A stretch of 64,000 bases of DNA from positions 1-64,000 of the forward strand of contig NIVC01003987.1 in the NCBI GenBank assembly GCA_002269645.1. Direction: 5' to 3'. Each line of letters opens with the position of its first letter. Within the stretch, counting starts at the first letter, position 1. The notes beneath the pieces are model-generated. The model searched no databases. It was not told where the DNA came from and saw only the letters and a program-made list of their open reading frames with translations. The position numbers and the translations under genes are program-made. The stretch is from Macrostomum lignano (taxonomy: Eukaryota). Shown piece after piece: positions 53,101 through 64,000 of the stretch.

Positions 53101-55946
53101 GCCGAGTCCACGCCGGTGGTTTCCAGGAGGGTGGCGCGCAGGTGAGTGGGCACGGGGTCGAAGGAGCGAACCTGTTGATCAAGGAGTGCATCTCTCTGCA
53201 GGTCGGCGCTATTGTCTAACAGGTGATTGAGGCTATTGTCTAACAGGTGATTGGGGCTATTGTCTAACAGGTGATTGGGGCTATTGTCTAACATGTGATT
53301 GGGGCTATTGTCTAACAGGTGATTGGGGCTATTGTCTAACAGGTGATTGGGGCTATTGTCTAACATGTGATTGGGGCTATTGTCTAACAGGTGATTGGGG
53401 CTATTGTCTAACATGTGATTGGGGCTATTGTCTAACAGGTGGTTGGGGCTATTGTCTAACATTTGGTTGGGGCTATTCTCTAACAGGTGATTGGGGCTAT
53501 TGTCTAACAGGTGGTTGGGGCTATTGTTTAACAGGTGATTGGGGCTATTGTCTAACAGGTGGTTGGGGCTATTGTCTAACATTTGGTTGGGGCTATTCTC
53601 TAACAGGTGATTGGGGCTATTGTCTAACAGGTGGTTGGGGCTATTGTCTAACATTTGGTTAAGGCTATTCTCTAACAGGTGATTGGGGCTATTGTCTAAC
53701 AGGTGATTGGCACCACTGTCTCTAACAGGTTCGCTAAACCAGCCTCTCACCTCCCCATCAACGCTGACGATGGTCAGCAACTTAGTGCCGTCCTTGCGAA
53801 AGTCAGCAGCCACAATGCCAGCCACAGAGCTGGGAAATTGGTCCTTGAACACGACCTCCCCTGTGCGACAGTTTCTGGCGTCGATTTTTCCGTTAGACCA
53901 GCCGGTGATGAGCTCGGGGACGCCGTCGCTGTCCAGATCAAAAGCGAACACCGCCACCGGTGTGTTCTTTGATTTGATGCGCCACAGGCGGGTCGATCTG
54001 ACCGAGAGATAAGGCGGTAATTGCTTAAATTAAACTTGCTCACTACTTAAAAACCCGATTTCTGCTACTTTTAGTAGAGTTCCGTGAAAAAATTTCTTCG
54101 TTAACAAGTCATTACTTGAACATATTCTCGTGAGCAATAATTATGTGTGTGAATACTGAACAGGTGAATAGCAAAATGTGAACATTGAATAGCGATATGT
54201 AAACAGTGAGTAGCGATATGTGAACAGTGAATAGCGATGTTGAAAAGTGAATAGCGAAATGTGAACAGTGAATAGCGATATGTAAACAGTGAGTAGCGAT
54301 ATGTGAACAGTGAATAGCGATGTTGAAAAGTGAATAGCGAAATGTGAACAGTGAATAGCGATATGTAAACAGTGAATAGCGATAGGTAAACAGTGAATAG
54401 CGATATGTAAACAGTGAATAGCGATATGTGAACAGTGAATAGCGATAGGTAAACAGTGAATAGCGATATGTAAACAGTGAATAGCGATATGTGAACAGTG
54501 AATAGCGATAGGTAAACAGTGAATAGCGATATGGAAACAGTGAATAGCGATATGTAAACAGTGAATAGCGATATGTAAACAGTGAATAGCGATATGTGAA
54601 CAGTGAATAGCGATATGTAAACAGTGAATAGCGATATGGAAACAGTGAATAGCGATATGTAAACAGTGAATAGCGATATGTAAACAGTGAATAGCGATAT
54701 GTAAACAGTGAATAGCGATATGTAAACAGTGAATAGCGATATGGAAACAGTGAATAGCGATATGTGAACAGTGCATTGCGATATGGAAACAGTGAATAGC
54801 GATATGTAAACAGTGAATAGCGATATGGAAACAGTGAATAGCGATATGTAAACAGTGAATAGCGATATGTGAACAGTGCATTGCGATATCCCGTGAACAG
54901 TGAAGCCATCACAACAGAAACTGTGTATCACCTCTCATAGACGCCCACAGTGCCGTTGGCCAGCCCGTAAGCAAACATGGGGCCCTGAATCGCGCACAGG
55001 CAGCTGACTACCTCGGTCTCAGTGATCTCCTGCACAATCTCGTCGTCCTGAAACACTCGAATCTCGTAGTCTTCGCTACCGACGAGCAACTCGTTGCCGC
55101 CACTGCCAAGAAAGTCACACAGTGACAGGCTGCTCACGTTGTCGCCAGTCACGCTCCAGAAAACGTCGTTTCCCGACCTGGGAAGGGAGAGGCGGGTCAA
55201 GCGCGCAGCTCACTTAGGTCAGAGGACCTGAACTCGATTCTTAGAGTAACGACACTAATCCGTGCCAACGCCAATCCTCGGGAAAAAATCACTTAATTTC
55301 TTGGAAATAGTTTTCAGAGCTTGAGTTTAAAATATTTCCAGACCGTTTCTAAAAATAGCATGGAAAGCCTATCCAGATCACCAGTCTAGTTTCTAAAAAT
55401 AGCAAAGGGAATCTCCGTTTCTAAAATTAGCATCGGAAAGCCCCTTTCTAGCCCGAACCTGTCGTATCCAGTCAGCGAGCAGTTGCCGCCAACCAGCGCC
55501 AGCTGCCCGACGCCGGACTGGCGGCCAAGTCTGCCAACGACAATGGCGCTGACACCGTCAGGCGCGTCGCGAAAAAATGCGTCGGCATTGTTGAGCACAT
55601 CGTAAGCCAGACAGGAGCCGGCGCTGCCGACCAGCAGTAGGTCCTGCATCGGTGAGGTTGCCGGCTCGCCCAACCGGCCGGCGGCCAGCGCCGTCACCGC
55701 CTGGCCCATGTTCAGCAGCATCACGTCGGCTGCGCCGGCTGCGGCCACCGGCTCCGGGCGGAGGACGCGGCTGCTGGAGCCACCGGATTTGGCGCCAGCG
55801 CCGGCGCCAGGACCGAGGAGCATGATTCGGCCGGCCGGGGCAGCACAAGCCAGGGTGTCCGAGCGGCCATCGAATCGGCCGACAGTCACGCAGCGGGGGA
55901 TGACCTTCTGCGGCAGGCGCGTCTGGTAGCTTGGCACGACTGGCAT
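50198..55946 (-). CDS. BBS2: Bardet-Biedl syndrome 2 (BBSome subunit), 7 exons (55946-55459, 55177-54932, 53997-53751, 53171-52875, 52589-52080, 51670-51399, 50423-50198)
   Basis: Colinear matches to BBS2: [111 protein letters not shown]. All six GT-AG junctions are phase compatible. Confidence 0.96.
50450..51010. repeat. 22-bp minisatellite (GGAAATGAGCCCCAATGCAACC)n in BBS2 intron 6
   Basis: About 25 copies. Confidence 0.96.
51088..51385 (+). mobile_element. tRNA-headed SINE family 2, copy b (BBS2 intron 6)
   Basis: A-box TAGCCCAGCGG, B-box GGCTCGATTCC and the same downstream core as the 49065 and 62832 copies. Confidence 0.78.
51775..52065. repeat. 30-bp minisatellite (AATGAGTCAGGAGTAGTCAGCTAGACCAGA)n in BBS2 intron 5
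   Basis: About 10 copies at exact 30-bp spacing. Confidence 0.95.
52605..52870. repeat. 16-bp minisatellite (TGTGACATGTAGGGAA)n in BBS2 intron 4
   Basis: About 16 copies fill the intron from donor to acceptor. Confidence 0.95.
53205..53730. repeat. 24-bp minisatellite (AGGTGATTGGGGCTATTGTCTAAC)n in BBS2 intron 3
   Basis: About 21 copies; reads (NHLLDNSP)n in the BBS2 frame. Confidence 0.95.
54150..54900. repeat. 21-bp minisatellite (AACAGTGAATAGCGATATGTA)n in BBS2 intron 2
   Basis: About 35 copies. Confidence 0.95.
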
Positions 55947-58252
55947 GGCTGCAGTGGCGGATGAAGTCAAATTTTAGATTTAAAGTAATTTACTGCTTGA
56001 TTAAGAATACTTTCTACTCTTTTTAAGACTCATATTTTTAACAAACTCAAAAAGCTACTAAAACTATGTAAATTAAATATAAAACTATACATAAGCATAA
56101 TATTTCTTCATACCTTGCTCTATATCATGCCTGTATTGAAATGTATTAATGTAGCTAAAATTGTTATCAAACAGATTTTTATTTAAAGAAATAAAAAATT
56201 GTCAAGATAAATGATTGATCAATGTTCTACCTTAAAAATGAAACTTTTGCCATATGTTATTGCAGTCTTTAAAAAAGTTTTATATTTGAGAGTTGATAAT
56301 TTAATTTAGAGTGAGAATCCCTAGGTTTTAGGTTTGCAATAAAACTAAAATGGAGAAAAAGTAGTGCGTCAGTATCATTTACTTTTAATATTAAATTTTC
56401 AGCTGACTAAGTAGCAGAATGGCATAAAAGAAATACAACCTTAACGCATCAGCATTTATAAAAAGTATGAATCATCCTGGTTTAAATCATGTCCTTGTAT
56501 CACAATAGAAGAGTATGCTACATTAAGTAATATCTTATCTATAGTGCTTTTTTAACTTAAATACTTTTGTCCTACTAAAAGCTTAAGAGAGCATCAAAGA
56601 ATATTTTTTAATAATAAAAACTTTTCTATATTTAAATACAGTTTAGTCATTCCACTAATTAATAGCTTCTAGAATTTTAAAAAGGTGTACACATGGCATA
56701 GAGAATTAGAGATTAATTATTTGATACTCTAATCTAATTATGATTTCATAAATTGTTCGGATATAAAATAAAATAGACTGAAAGCACAAAAAATTATGCC
56801 AGCATTACTTTACTGTTTATAATAATAATATAACATCTGAAAACCAAGTAGGTTTTATATAATCCAACTGTAGAAGCTAGAGGAAAAGTAATGTATATGA
56901 CACCCGTAGATACATTATTTCAATAATTTATTGAAATAAAATATTATTTACTAAAGTTTGCGTGTAGAAGGTGTTATCTTTGAGACGTTTCAGAGGACCC
57001 GTTCAAAATAGTAAAGCTCATGCACCTGTGTACTTGTACCTCTAGCTAGAGCTAGACTATAGAGTCTACTGTGCAGGAAAATTGTTAAACCAGTAAACCT
57101 AGCGATAAATTATATTCGTTAGCAAAATGTTTTAATTCTTTGTTGCTAGTAAAGTCTAAAGTTCATCCAAGGAGCCACTTCGAACTTTTTAATTTGCCAA
57201 ATATTTAACGACGAATGCCTGCACCATACTGCATTACTGCCTTCGAGTCCTATGTAGACTAAAACATTGATCATAAATACGAAACATAATGCACATTAAA
57301 TATGTTAGACAAAGCATAAATTACATAAAGTAAAAATTGTGAAGAAAACCTGTTTTGTTATTTATGCAACTAAAACTTAATAGTTTTAATATATTACTGA
57401 AATTTGTCAAAAAGCAATAAAGATCAAGGCGTACACTTTGTTTTAATGTTATTTCTTTAAAGTCCGAAATAACAATAAATATGCATTCGCATTCGAAAAT
57501 TACATGTATATCACAAACAACCGCTAGTAGCATAGTAGCTAGCTAACAAGCATGTCCTTGTATATTACTTCAAATATTTTAGTACAAGCTAAAATTTGGT
57601 CTTTTAACATTTCGTGCGAATTACACTGACTCCAGCTTCACGTCTACATTGAATATTAAATGCGTCGGAAAAATATTTTCATTGTTTTTAATTTTTTGCA
57701 ATTACTCTACATGTTCTGGCATTATTCGTCTGAATTTTCCTTATAATTTTCATAGAATGTATATCGTTGTAGTTAGTACAGTTCAAGTTTTTAGAAACAA
57801 ACAATAATCCAAAGGAACAGATATGCCTAAAACTTGTTAACGAAATGAATACAGGACAATTTAAGTCAATTGGCAACAACGTTGTTTAATTCACCGAATT
57901 GAAGCAAGTCTAGTTAATATTGCAGTGATAGATACCATTTTAATTATGCTTTAAACAAAAAAAGAAGCTATAATTTGTCATTTGTGCATTAAATGGAATT
58001 CGTTTTCAAACATGATTAGTACTAAACACATATAGGCACTGTTAGGGATACCTTAGTTTTATATGCAATTTTATGAATAATAAATTTATGAGCTATAGAA
58101 ACAAAAGCCTTTTGGGGAATAAGTAAAAATTATTTCTACAAATGCCACCATAAAAGCTTAAAAAAGTCTCGTCAATCAAATTTACTAATCTCAACTTTAA
58201 GCGTTCTTGGCCATGCTCTGTAGAACCTAATCTAAGGAAACAAGTCTGCAAG

Positions 58253-61200
58253 TCAAGCGGATGACATGAGCTGAGAAGCTGAGCTAGTGGCGCCCAGATC
58301 CGTGATAAATCCAGCTGCCAGTACAAACTGCAGATACTGCACCAGCAGCACAGCTGACGAGTCAATGAAATACGATTCCTGATCGTACAGCTTCAGCGCC
58401 GACCGGAGCAGTTTAACAAATTGCGCGCCATACCGGCGCCACATGCTAGCGCCGGCGACCTCAAGCACCGAGTGCAGAGTGGCGCACGTGAGCAGGTGGC
58501 TGTGCCGGCCTGTAGCAGACAGGCGAACCAAGCCGGCTGCCAGGCTCCACATGTGATTCAATGAGAACTCTTTCGGCCGGGAGAAACTGCCCATCAGAGG
58601 GGGAGCGCAGAACAGGGCGGCGTAGAGGCGGCCGAGAGAGCGGCAGCGCATCACTCGATCGTCCAGTTCACGGCCGGCCTCCCAGTCTGGCGGGGGCGGA
58701 TGCGGCAGCAGCAGGGGACACTCGGCTAGGAGGAAGCTGAGCAGCATTGGTTGGAAAGCTTTGCTGCATGAGCACAGCATAGCAGTGGCCATGGCCAGGC
58801 TCTGGGCGATGCGCAGGCAGAACAGGTGATCGGCGCCCTCCTCATCCGGCCGCAGCTTGGCCGGCTCGCTGAACTGATCCTCGGCTTGCATGAGCAGGCA
58901 CTCGCAGTAGGTGTACATGGCGAACTGCTCCCCGTTTGGCACCGAACGAATGCTGCTGATTTTACGCTGCTGATAAAACGACACGAATGGCTCCATGCTG
59001 AATATCTTCAATAGTAGCAGCATCGTCTGGAATAATTCATTCATTGGATGGAATAATATTTTTAATGGGGGCGTTTAACAAGCTCGAAGCTTCACAAGCT
59101 CAGATTTCACAAGCTCGAAGCTTCACAAGCTCGAAGCTTCACAAGCTCGAAGCTTCACAAGCTCGAAACTTCACAAGCTCGAAGCTTCACAAGCTCGAAG
59201 CTTTACAAGCTCGAAGCTTTACAAGCTCGAAGTTTCACAAGCTCGAAGCTTCACAAGCTCGAAGCTTCACAAGCTCAGATTTCACAAGCTCGAAGCTTCA
59301 CAAGCTCGAAGCTTCACAAGCTCGAAGCTTCACAAGCTCGAAACTTCACAAGCTCGAAGCTTCACAAGCTCGAAGCTTTACAAGCTCGAAGCTTTACAAG
59401 CTCGAAGTTTCACAAGCTCGAAGCTTCACAAGCTCGAAGCTTCACAAGCTCGAAACTTCACAAGCTCGAAGCTTCACAAGCACGAAGCTTTACAAGCTCG
59501 AAACTTCACAAGTTCGAATGCGCGAATCAGCAATAGAAGTTTTCATGGCTAAGCGCTTCCGAATTTAAGAGGTTTTTGTTATACTTAGTAAAACAGCTTT
59601 CTACTTTCAGTTCAGTAGTAAGGAAGAATACCGTAAGCTATATTATGAAATAAAAGACAGGCAGCTGAACTGACTTTGATAAGTTTAGAAGCCAAGCTTG
59701 CAGATGTAAACAACTTGCTACTGGGGTAGCTGTTATGTACATTAGCCAACGGCGCTGAAATGTACATGGCAAGACAATAAAACGGAGGGAGAAATGCAAT
59801 AAAATTGAATGGCGGGGGTGGGGTAGAGAAAGACGCGGTGCGGTCTAAGGGGTTCAAGCTGAGGCCTGGGGGTAAGAGGGTCAATAACCGATTCTTGCCC
59901 TAAAATACATTAAAATGCTTCTATTAAACTTACTACTGAACTGAAAGTAGCTTACACGCAAATGTTCCGAGTGGCCCAATTAGTTTTTTGTTATCTGTAC
60001 CAAGGACTTTTAGTGCTCTTAGTAAAAAATTTCTGGCTAACTTTCTTTTAGAGAATTTGAATTCAGATCCTCACTACTTAAAGGAGTATATTTAAGTGGC
60101 GATCACATTAATGGCAATCCATCTAACCTGCTGCTGACGCTGCCTCATCAGTTGAGGCTCGTCGGAGGCGCAAAACTGGGCTAAACGATTTTGTAGCGTG
60201 GTCTGAATGGCCATTTTGAAGGTCATCAATTCGGGCGTGGCGCCGTTTATCAAGTCGGTCAGCTGGGCGCGCAGAGTTGCAAGCTTCTCGCGACACTTGC
60301 GCCAGCGCCAGCCGCTGTCAGTTGAATTGTTTGCGCCGGGGGCGGACTGGGCGGGTACAGCGGCTGAGGGGGCGGGTACAGCGGCTGAGGGGCGGGTACA
60401 GCGGCTGAGGGGCCGGGTACAGCGGCTGAGGGGGCGGGTACAGCGGCTGAGGGGGCGGGTACAGCGGCTGAGGGGGCGGGTACAGCGGCTGAGGGGCTGG
60501 GTACAGCGGCTGAGGGGCCGGGTACAGCGGCTGAGGGGGCGGGTACAGCGGCTGAGGGGCCGGGTACAGCGGCTGAGGGGCCGGGTACAGCGGCTGAGGG
60601 GGCGGGTACAGCGGCTGAGGGGCCGGGTACAGCGGCTGAGGGGCCGGGTACAGCGGCTGAGGGGGCGGGTACAGCGGCTGAGGGGCGGGTACAGCGGCTG
60701 AGGGGCCGGGTACAGCGGCTGAGGGGCCGGGTACAGCGGCTGAGGGGGCGGGTACAGCGGCTGAGGGGGCGGACACGGCAGCTGGCAGAGCGGAAGTGAC
60801 GTAAACAGCTGGAGGATCATTTCTGCTGTTTGGCTCCTGAAAGCAAATAAAAGCAATAAAATGGATTTAGATGGAAATACGAGCAATATTCCATAAAATT
60901 AAAATGTGACTCAAATCTGTCACTTCTGTAAAAGATAAATCTACAAGCTGCGAAATGACAACTGTGAAAATCTAAGATAACTGATAATTGACTACACCTG
61001 CCCTAATGGCCGAGTGTGCAACCGACAGCTCAGCCGCAGCTATTGCGCGGCGCATCTGAAGGCTGCGTACGGCTGTTCAGTCCAAGGACTGGGGGGTCGC
61101 CACACACACCCTCAATTACCCCAGCTAATGCTGGCGCCCATTTTACAGCTGGGTGAACTGAAGCAATGCAGTTAAGTGTCTTGCTCAAGGACACAAATTG

Positions 61201-63473
61201 TTCCGAGTGGGTCGGGAATCGAACCCGCAACCTTTCAGTTGTGAATCAGACGCTCTGACCACTGGGCTACAGCCCAAGATTCTTATAAAACTCGATACTG
61301 TGACACTATTGTGATATTCTTAAAGAGAAATTCCAGATCCTCAAATATAAACACAGATATTCAAGGGACATCCCAGATCCCGAGCCAAGCTTCAACTTGG
61401 CAATCCCAGAATACCTCAGCTTTGACCTCTCTCGGTGCAGCGGCGGCTGCAGCTTCAGCGGCTGCAGCCTCGGCGGCTGCGGCTTCAGCGGCTGCAGCCT
61501 CGGCGGCTGCGGCTTCAGCGGCTGCGGCTTCAGCGGCTGCAGCCTCGGCGGCTGCGGCTTCGGCTGCTGCAACAGCAGCAGCTTCAGCGGCGGTGGCGGC
61601 AGCTGCAGCGGCTTCATAGAAGCGCCGGGCCTCCCTAAGCTCGCAGTCGGTCAGGCCGGACTGCACAGCTAGGCGGTACAGTCCCATCCGGGCTTCGCTG
61701 AACTGCTCCGACAGGGTGCGCCAACCTTCATCAGTGTCAGCGCCGTCCGGCGGCTGCGGCCGGGCAGGAAGCGACTCCAGCAGCCGCTTGGCTTCGGACA
61801 AGTTGGCTCGGCCGCGCTCAGCCGCCCGACGTTCGGCCGCTTCGGCTGCCTCAATGGCGGCGAGCTCGGGACTTCAGGTGGACGAGTGGGGATTATCATT
61901 GTGCGGGTTATCGTAAACTTCTGAAATCCCTGATTTCAAAAATCTTAAGTTTAAGGACAGAGCAGCTGACTCAGAGTGCACGAGTGACGATTAGAAAGTC
62001 TGACGATTAGAAAGTCTGAAGATTAGAAAGTCTGACGATTAAGTCTGACGATTAAGTCTGACGATTAGAAAGTCTGACGATTAAGTCTGACGATTAAGTC
62101 TGACGATTAGAAAGTCTGACGATTAGAAAGTCTGACGATTAGAAAGTCTGACGATTAGAAAGTCTGACGATTAAGTCTGACGATTAGAAAGTCTGACGAT
62201 TTGAAAGTCTGACGATTAGAAAGTCTAACGATTAGAAAGTCTGACGATTAGAAAGTCTGACGATTAGAAAGCCTGACGATTAGAAAGCCTGACAATTAGA
62301 AAGTCTGACGATTAGAAAGTCTGACGATTAGAAAGTCTGACGATTAGAAAGTCTGACGATTAAGTCTGACGATTAGAAAGTCTGACGATTAGAAAGTCTG
62401 ACGATTAGAAAGTCTGACGATTAGAAAGTCTGACGATTAAGTCTGACGATTAGAAAGTCTGACGATTAGAAAGTCTGACGATTAAGTCTGACGATTAGAA
62501 AGTCTGACGATTAGAAAGTCTGACGATTAGAAAGCCTGACGATTAGAAAGTCTGACGATTAAGTCTGACGATTAGAAAGTCTGACGATTAGAAAGTCTGA
62601 CGATTAGAAAGTCTGACGATTAGAAAGTCTGACGATTAAGTCTGACGATTAGAAAGTCTGACGATTAGAAAGTCTGACGATTAGAAAGTCTGACGATTAA
62701 GTCTGACGATTAGAAAGTCTGACGATTAGAAAGTCTGACGATTAGAAAGCCTGACGATTAGAAAGTCTGACGATTAGAAAGTCTGACGATTAGAAAGTCT
62801 GACGATTATGTCTGACGATAATCGTCAGAAGTGTACATGTGAAGTGTACATGTCCAACGACAAAAAAGTCAAAGCCGCTGTGTACACTCCTGTGTGAGTG
62901 TGCTGTGCGTATCCGCGCGCTCTTGTGCCTGCTCAGGGGAGTCGGCGGAATGGGCAGGAATGCCTCTTGCTTAAAGTGCGCCATGGGTTGAGTCCCTCAC
63001 CAATTCGCCTCGCGCTCATCCACCCGACTGCGTTGAGACGCCGCGGTGGCTGCCGCGGCGGATTTGCTAATCCTGTCAAATTGTTGCTCAAGCGACTCGC
63101 GAATTTCATTGCCAGCCTGCACCCCAGCTCGCATGTGCGTCAGCATCGCCTGCAGTGCGGCGACCTCCGCTTCATCTCGGAGCAGCTGCAGTGGCGACTG
63201 GGGCCGCTCCGCTGTCGCCGCCACCGCTGATGATGCGGATGCTGGCGGCGAAGCGGGTGTCGGCGGCGACGGCGACTTTGGAGGCGGAGGCGGAGGCTGC
63301 GGCTGCTGCTGACGCTGGCGGCAGTGCGCGTAGCCATTGGAGATGCCATATTTTCTGCGAGCGAACTCGGTAGTCTCGGGTGACAGCTTCAATGTTTGAC
63401 GAGAGGCCTGAGCGTCATCTAGGATGCTGTCAATGCTGGGGCACTGACGGCGCTGCTGGCGGTGCTGCGGCTC
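58253..63473 (-). CDS. GLE1: mRNA export factor GLE1 homologue, predicted exons (about 63473-63001, 61871-61415, 60836-60128, 59026-58253); start not resolved and exon 3 frame disrupted
   Basis: The C-terminal exon matches the GLE1 CTD: PNGEQFAMYTYCECLLMQAED, ECPLLLP, RLYAAL, SLNHMWSLAAGLV, TCATLHSVLEVAGASMWRRYGAQFVKLL. Upstream exons encode a Pro/Ala-rich and coiled-coil region as expected. GT-AG junctions are phase compatible. Confidence 0.82.
59077..59515. repeat. 16-bp minisatellite (ACAAGCTCGAAGCTTC)n in the last GLE1 intron
   Basis: About 27 copies. Confidence 0.96.
59601..59950. mobile_element. 350-bp MITE-like element with perfect 22-bp terminal inverted repeats
   Basis: CTACTTTCAGTTCAGTAGTAAG (59601-59622) is the exact reverse complement of CTTACTACTGAACTGAAAGTAG (59929-59950). 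No clear TSD. Confidence 0.65.
60350..60775 (-). repeat. 21-bp minisatellite (CCCTCAGCCGCTGTACCCG[C/G]C)n within predicted GLE1 exon 3
   Basis: About 20 copies encoding PSAAVP[A/G]; two 20-bp units shift the frame. Confidence 0.93.
61023..61275 (-). mobile_element. tRNA-derived SINE family 1, copy b (GLE1 intron 2)
   Basis: Minus strand: A-box TAGCCCAGTGG, B-box GGTTCGATTCC, then GTGTCCTTGAGCAAGACACTTAAC...CACCCAGCTGTAAAATGGG, which resembles the conserved central domains of CORE/V/Meta-type SINEs. Confidence 0.85.
61988..62829. repeat. 16-bp minisatellite (CTGACGATTAGAAAGT)n with 13-bp variants in GLE1 intron 1
   Basis: About 53 copies, ending in the perfect inverted repeat TCTGACGAT-A-ATCGTCAGA (62811-62829). 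Confidence 0.97.
62832..62990 (+). mobile_element. SINE family 2, 5'-truncated copy c (GLE1 intron 1)
   Basis: Shares GAAGTGTACATG, ACACTCCTGTGTGAGTGTG, GTATCCGCGCGC and TGTGCCTGCTCAGGGGAGTCGGCGGAATGGGCAG with the 49065 and 51088 copies. Confidence 0.75.
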
Positions 63474-64000
63474 CTGGAGTTTTTATTGCCAGAGATTTTT
63501 ACTGCCAACTACAATTCGTGCAGCCATGACTACAATAATAACCATAACTGCAGGAGGGCTGTGGTTAGCCTGGCACAAATGCTTTTGACGACACCGTCCC
63601 ACAACTAGCGCTGAGTAGGGGTTCAGGAGGGCAATTTTTCAGGGTTCGGGGTTCCAGTATCACTACCCTGAGGCCTGGCCCAAACATTTTTTCAAACCCC
63701 AACCCAAACATTTGAATAGAGATTGTTAAAGATATAACAAAGAGCACTATTGAAACTTTGGTGGCAGCTTAATAAGATTTCAAAAAGAACATAAAGTCCA
63801 TAAAGGCCTATATAGGCCTACATATATAATAACTTTTATTTATAAATACAAAAAACAAAGCCTTTTTAGCAAAATTAGAATTTAAAATGCGAATTAATTT
63901 TTTGTTATTGCTATTTTAATGCATTTCTAGACATAAGTTGTAGATAAAAAAGTTATATATAAAAGAAATTGAGGAAAACAAAAATGGTTTGATTTAAAAG

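Noticed and set aside
54101-54931. Three overlapping 246-276 aa ORFs (YRYSLFT, HIAIHC repeats)
   Set aside because: Translation of the 21-bp array in BBS2 intron 2; the intron is not in frame with the flanking exons.

Overview
Eukaryotic (metazoan) genomic DNA, not prokaryotic. GC-rich exons with poly-Ala/Gln/Gly tracts, GT-AG introns, an innexin and extreme minisatellite density suggest a free-living flatworm such as Macrostomum (inference, not proven). Nine protein-coding genes can be reconstructed by hand: a purple acid phosphatase (ACP7-like, minus), a divergent RhoGAP-like gene (minus), an intronless innexin (plus), an Egal-1/LIN-66-type winged-helix plus cold-shock-domain gene (plus), an unrecognised 5-exon gene (plus), an intronless ankyrin-repeat gene (plus), an atypical class A GPCR (minus), BBS2 (minus, 7 exons) and GLE1 (minus, at least 4 exons). 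Three of them (ACP7-like, innexin, GLE1) carry frame disruptions in homopolymer or dinucleotide runs. There are two tRNA-derived SINE families, several MITE-like elements and more than 25 tandem arrays. The most striking pattern is that 13 of 19 inferred introns are filled by their own private minisatellite. Some arrays keep the intron in frame and stop-free (BBS2), some repeat a branch-point plus AG motif, one consists almost entirely of hammerhead-ribozyme core nucleotides, and two share seed sequence with a nearby tandemly amplified MITE end. All gene models and alignments were made by eye, with no database search.
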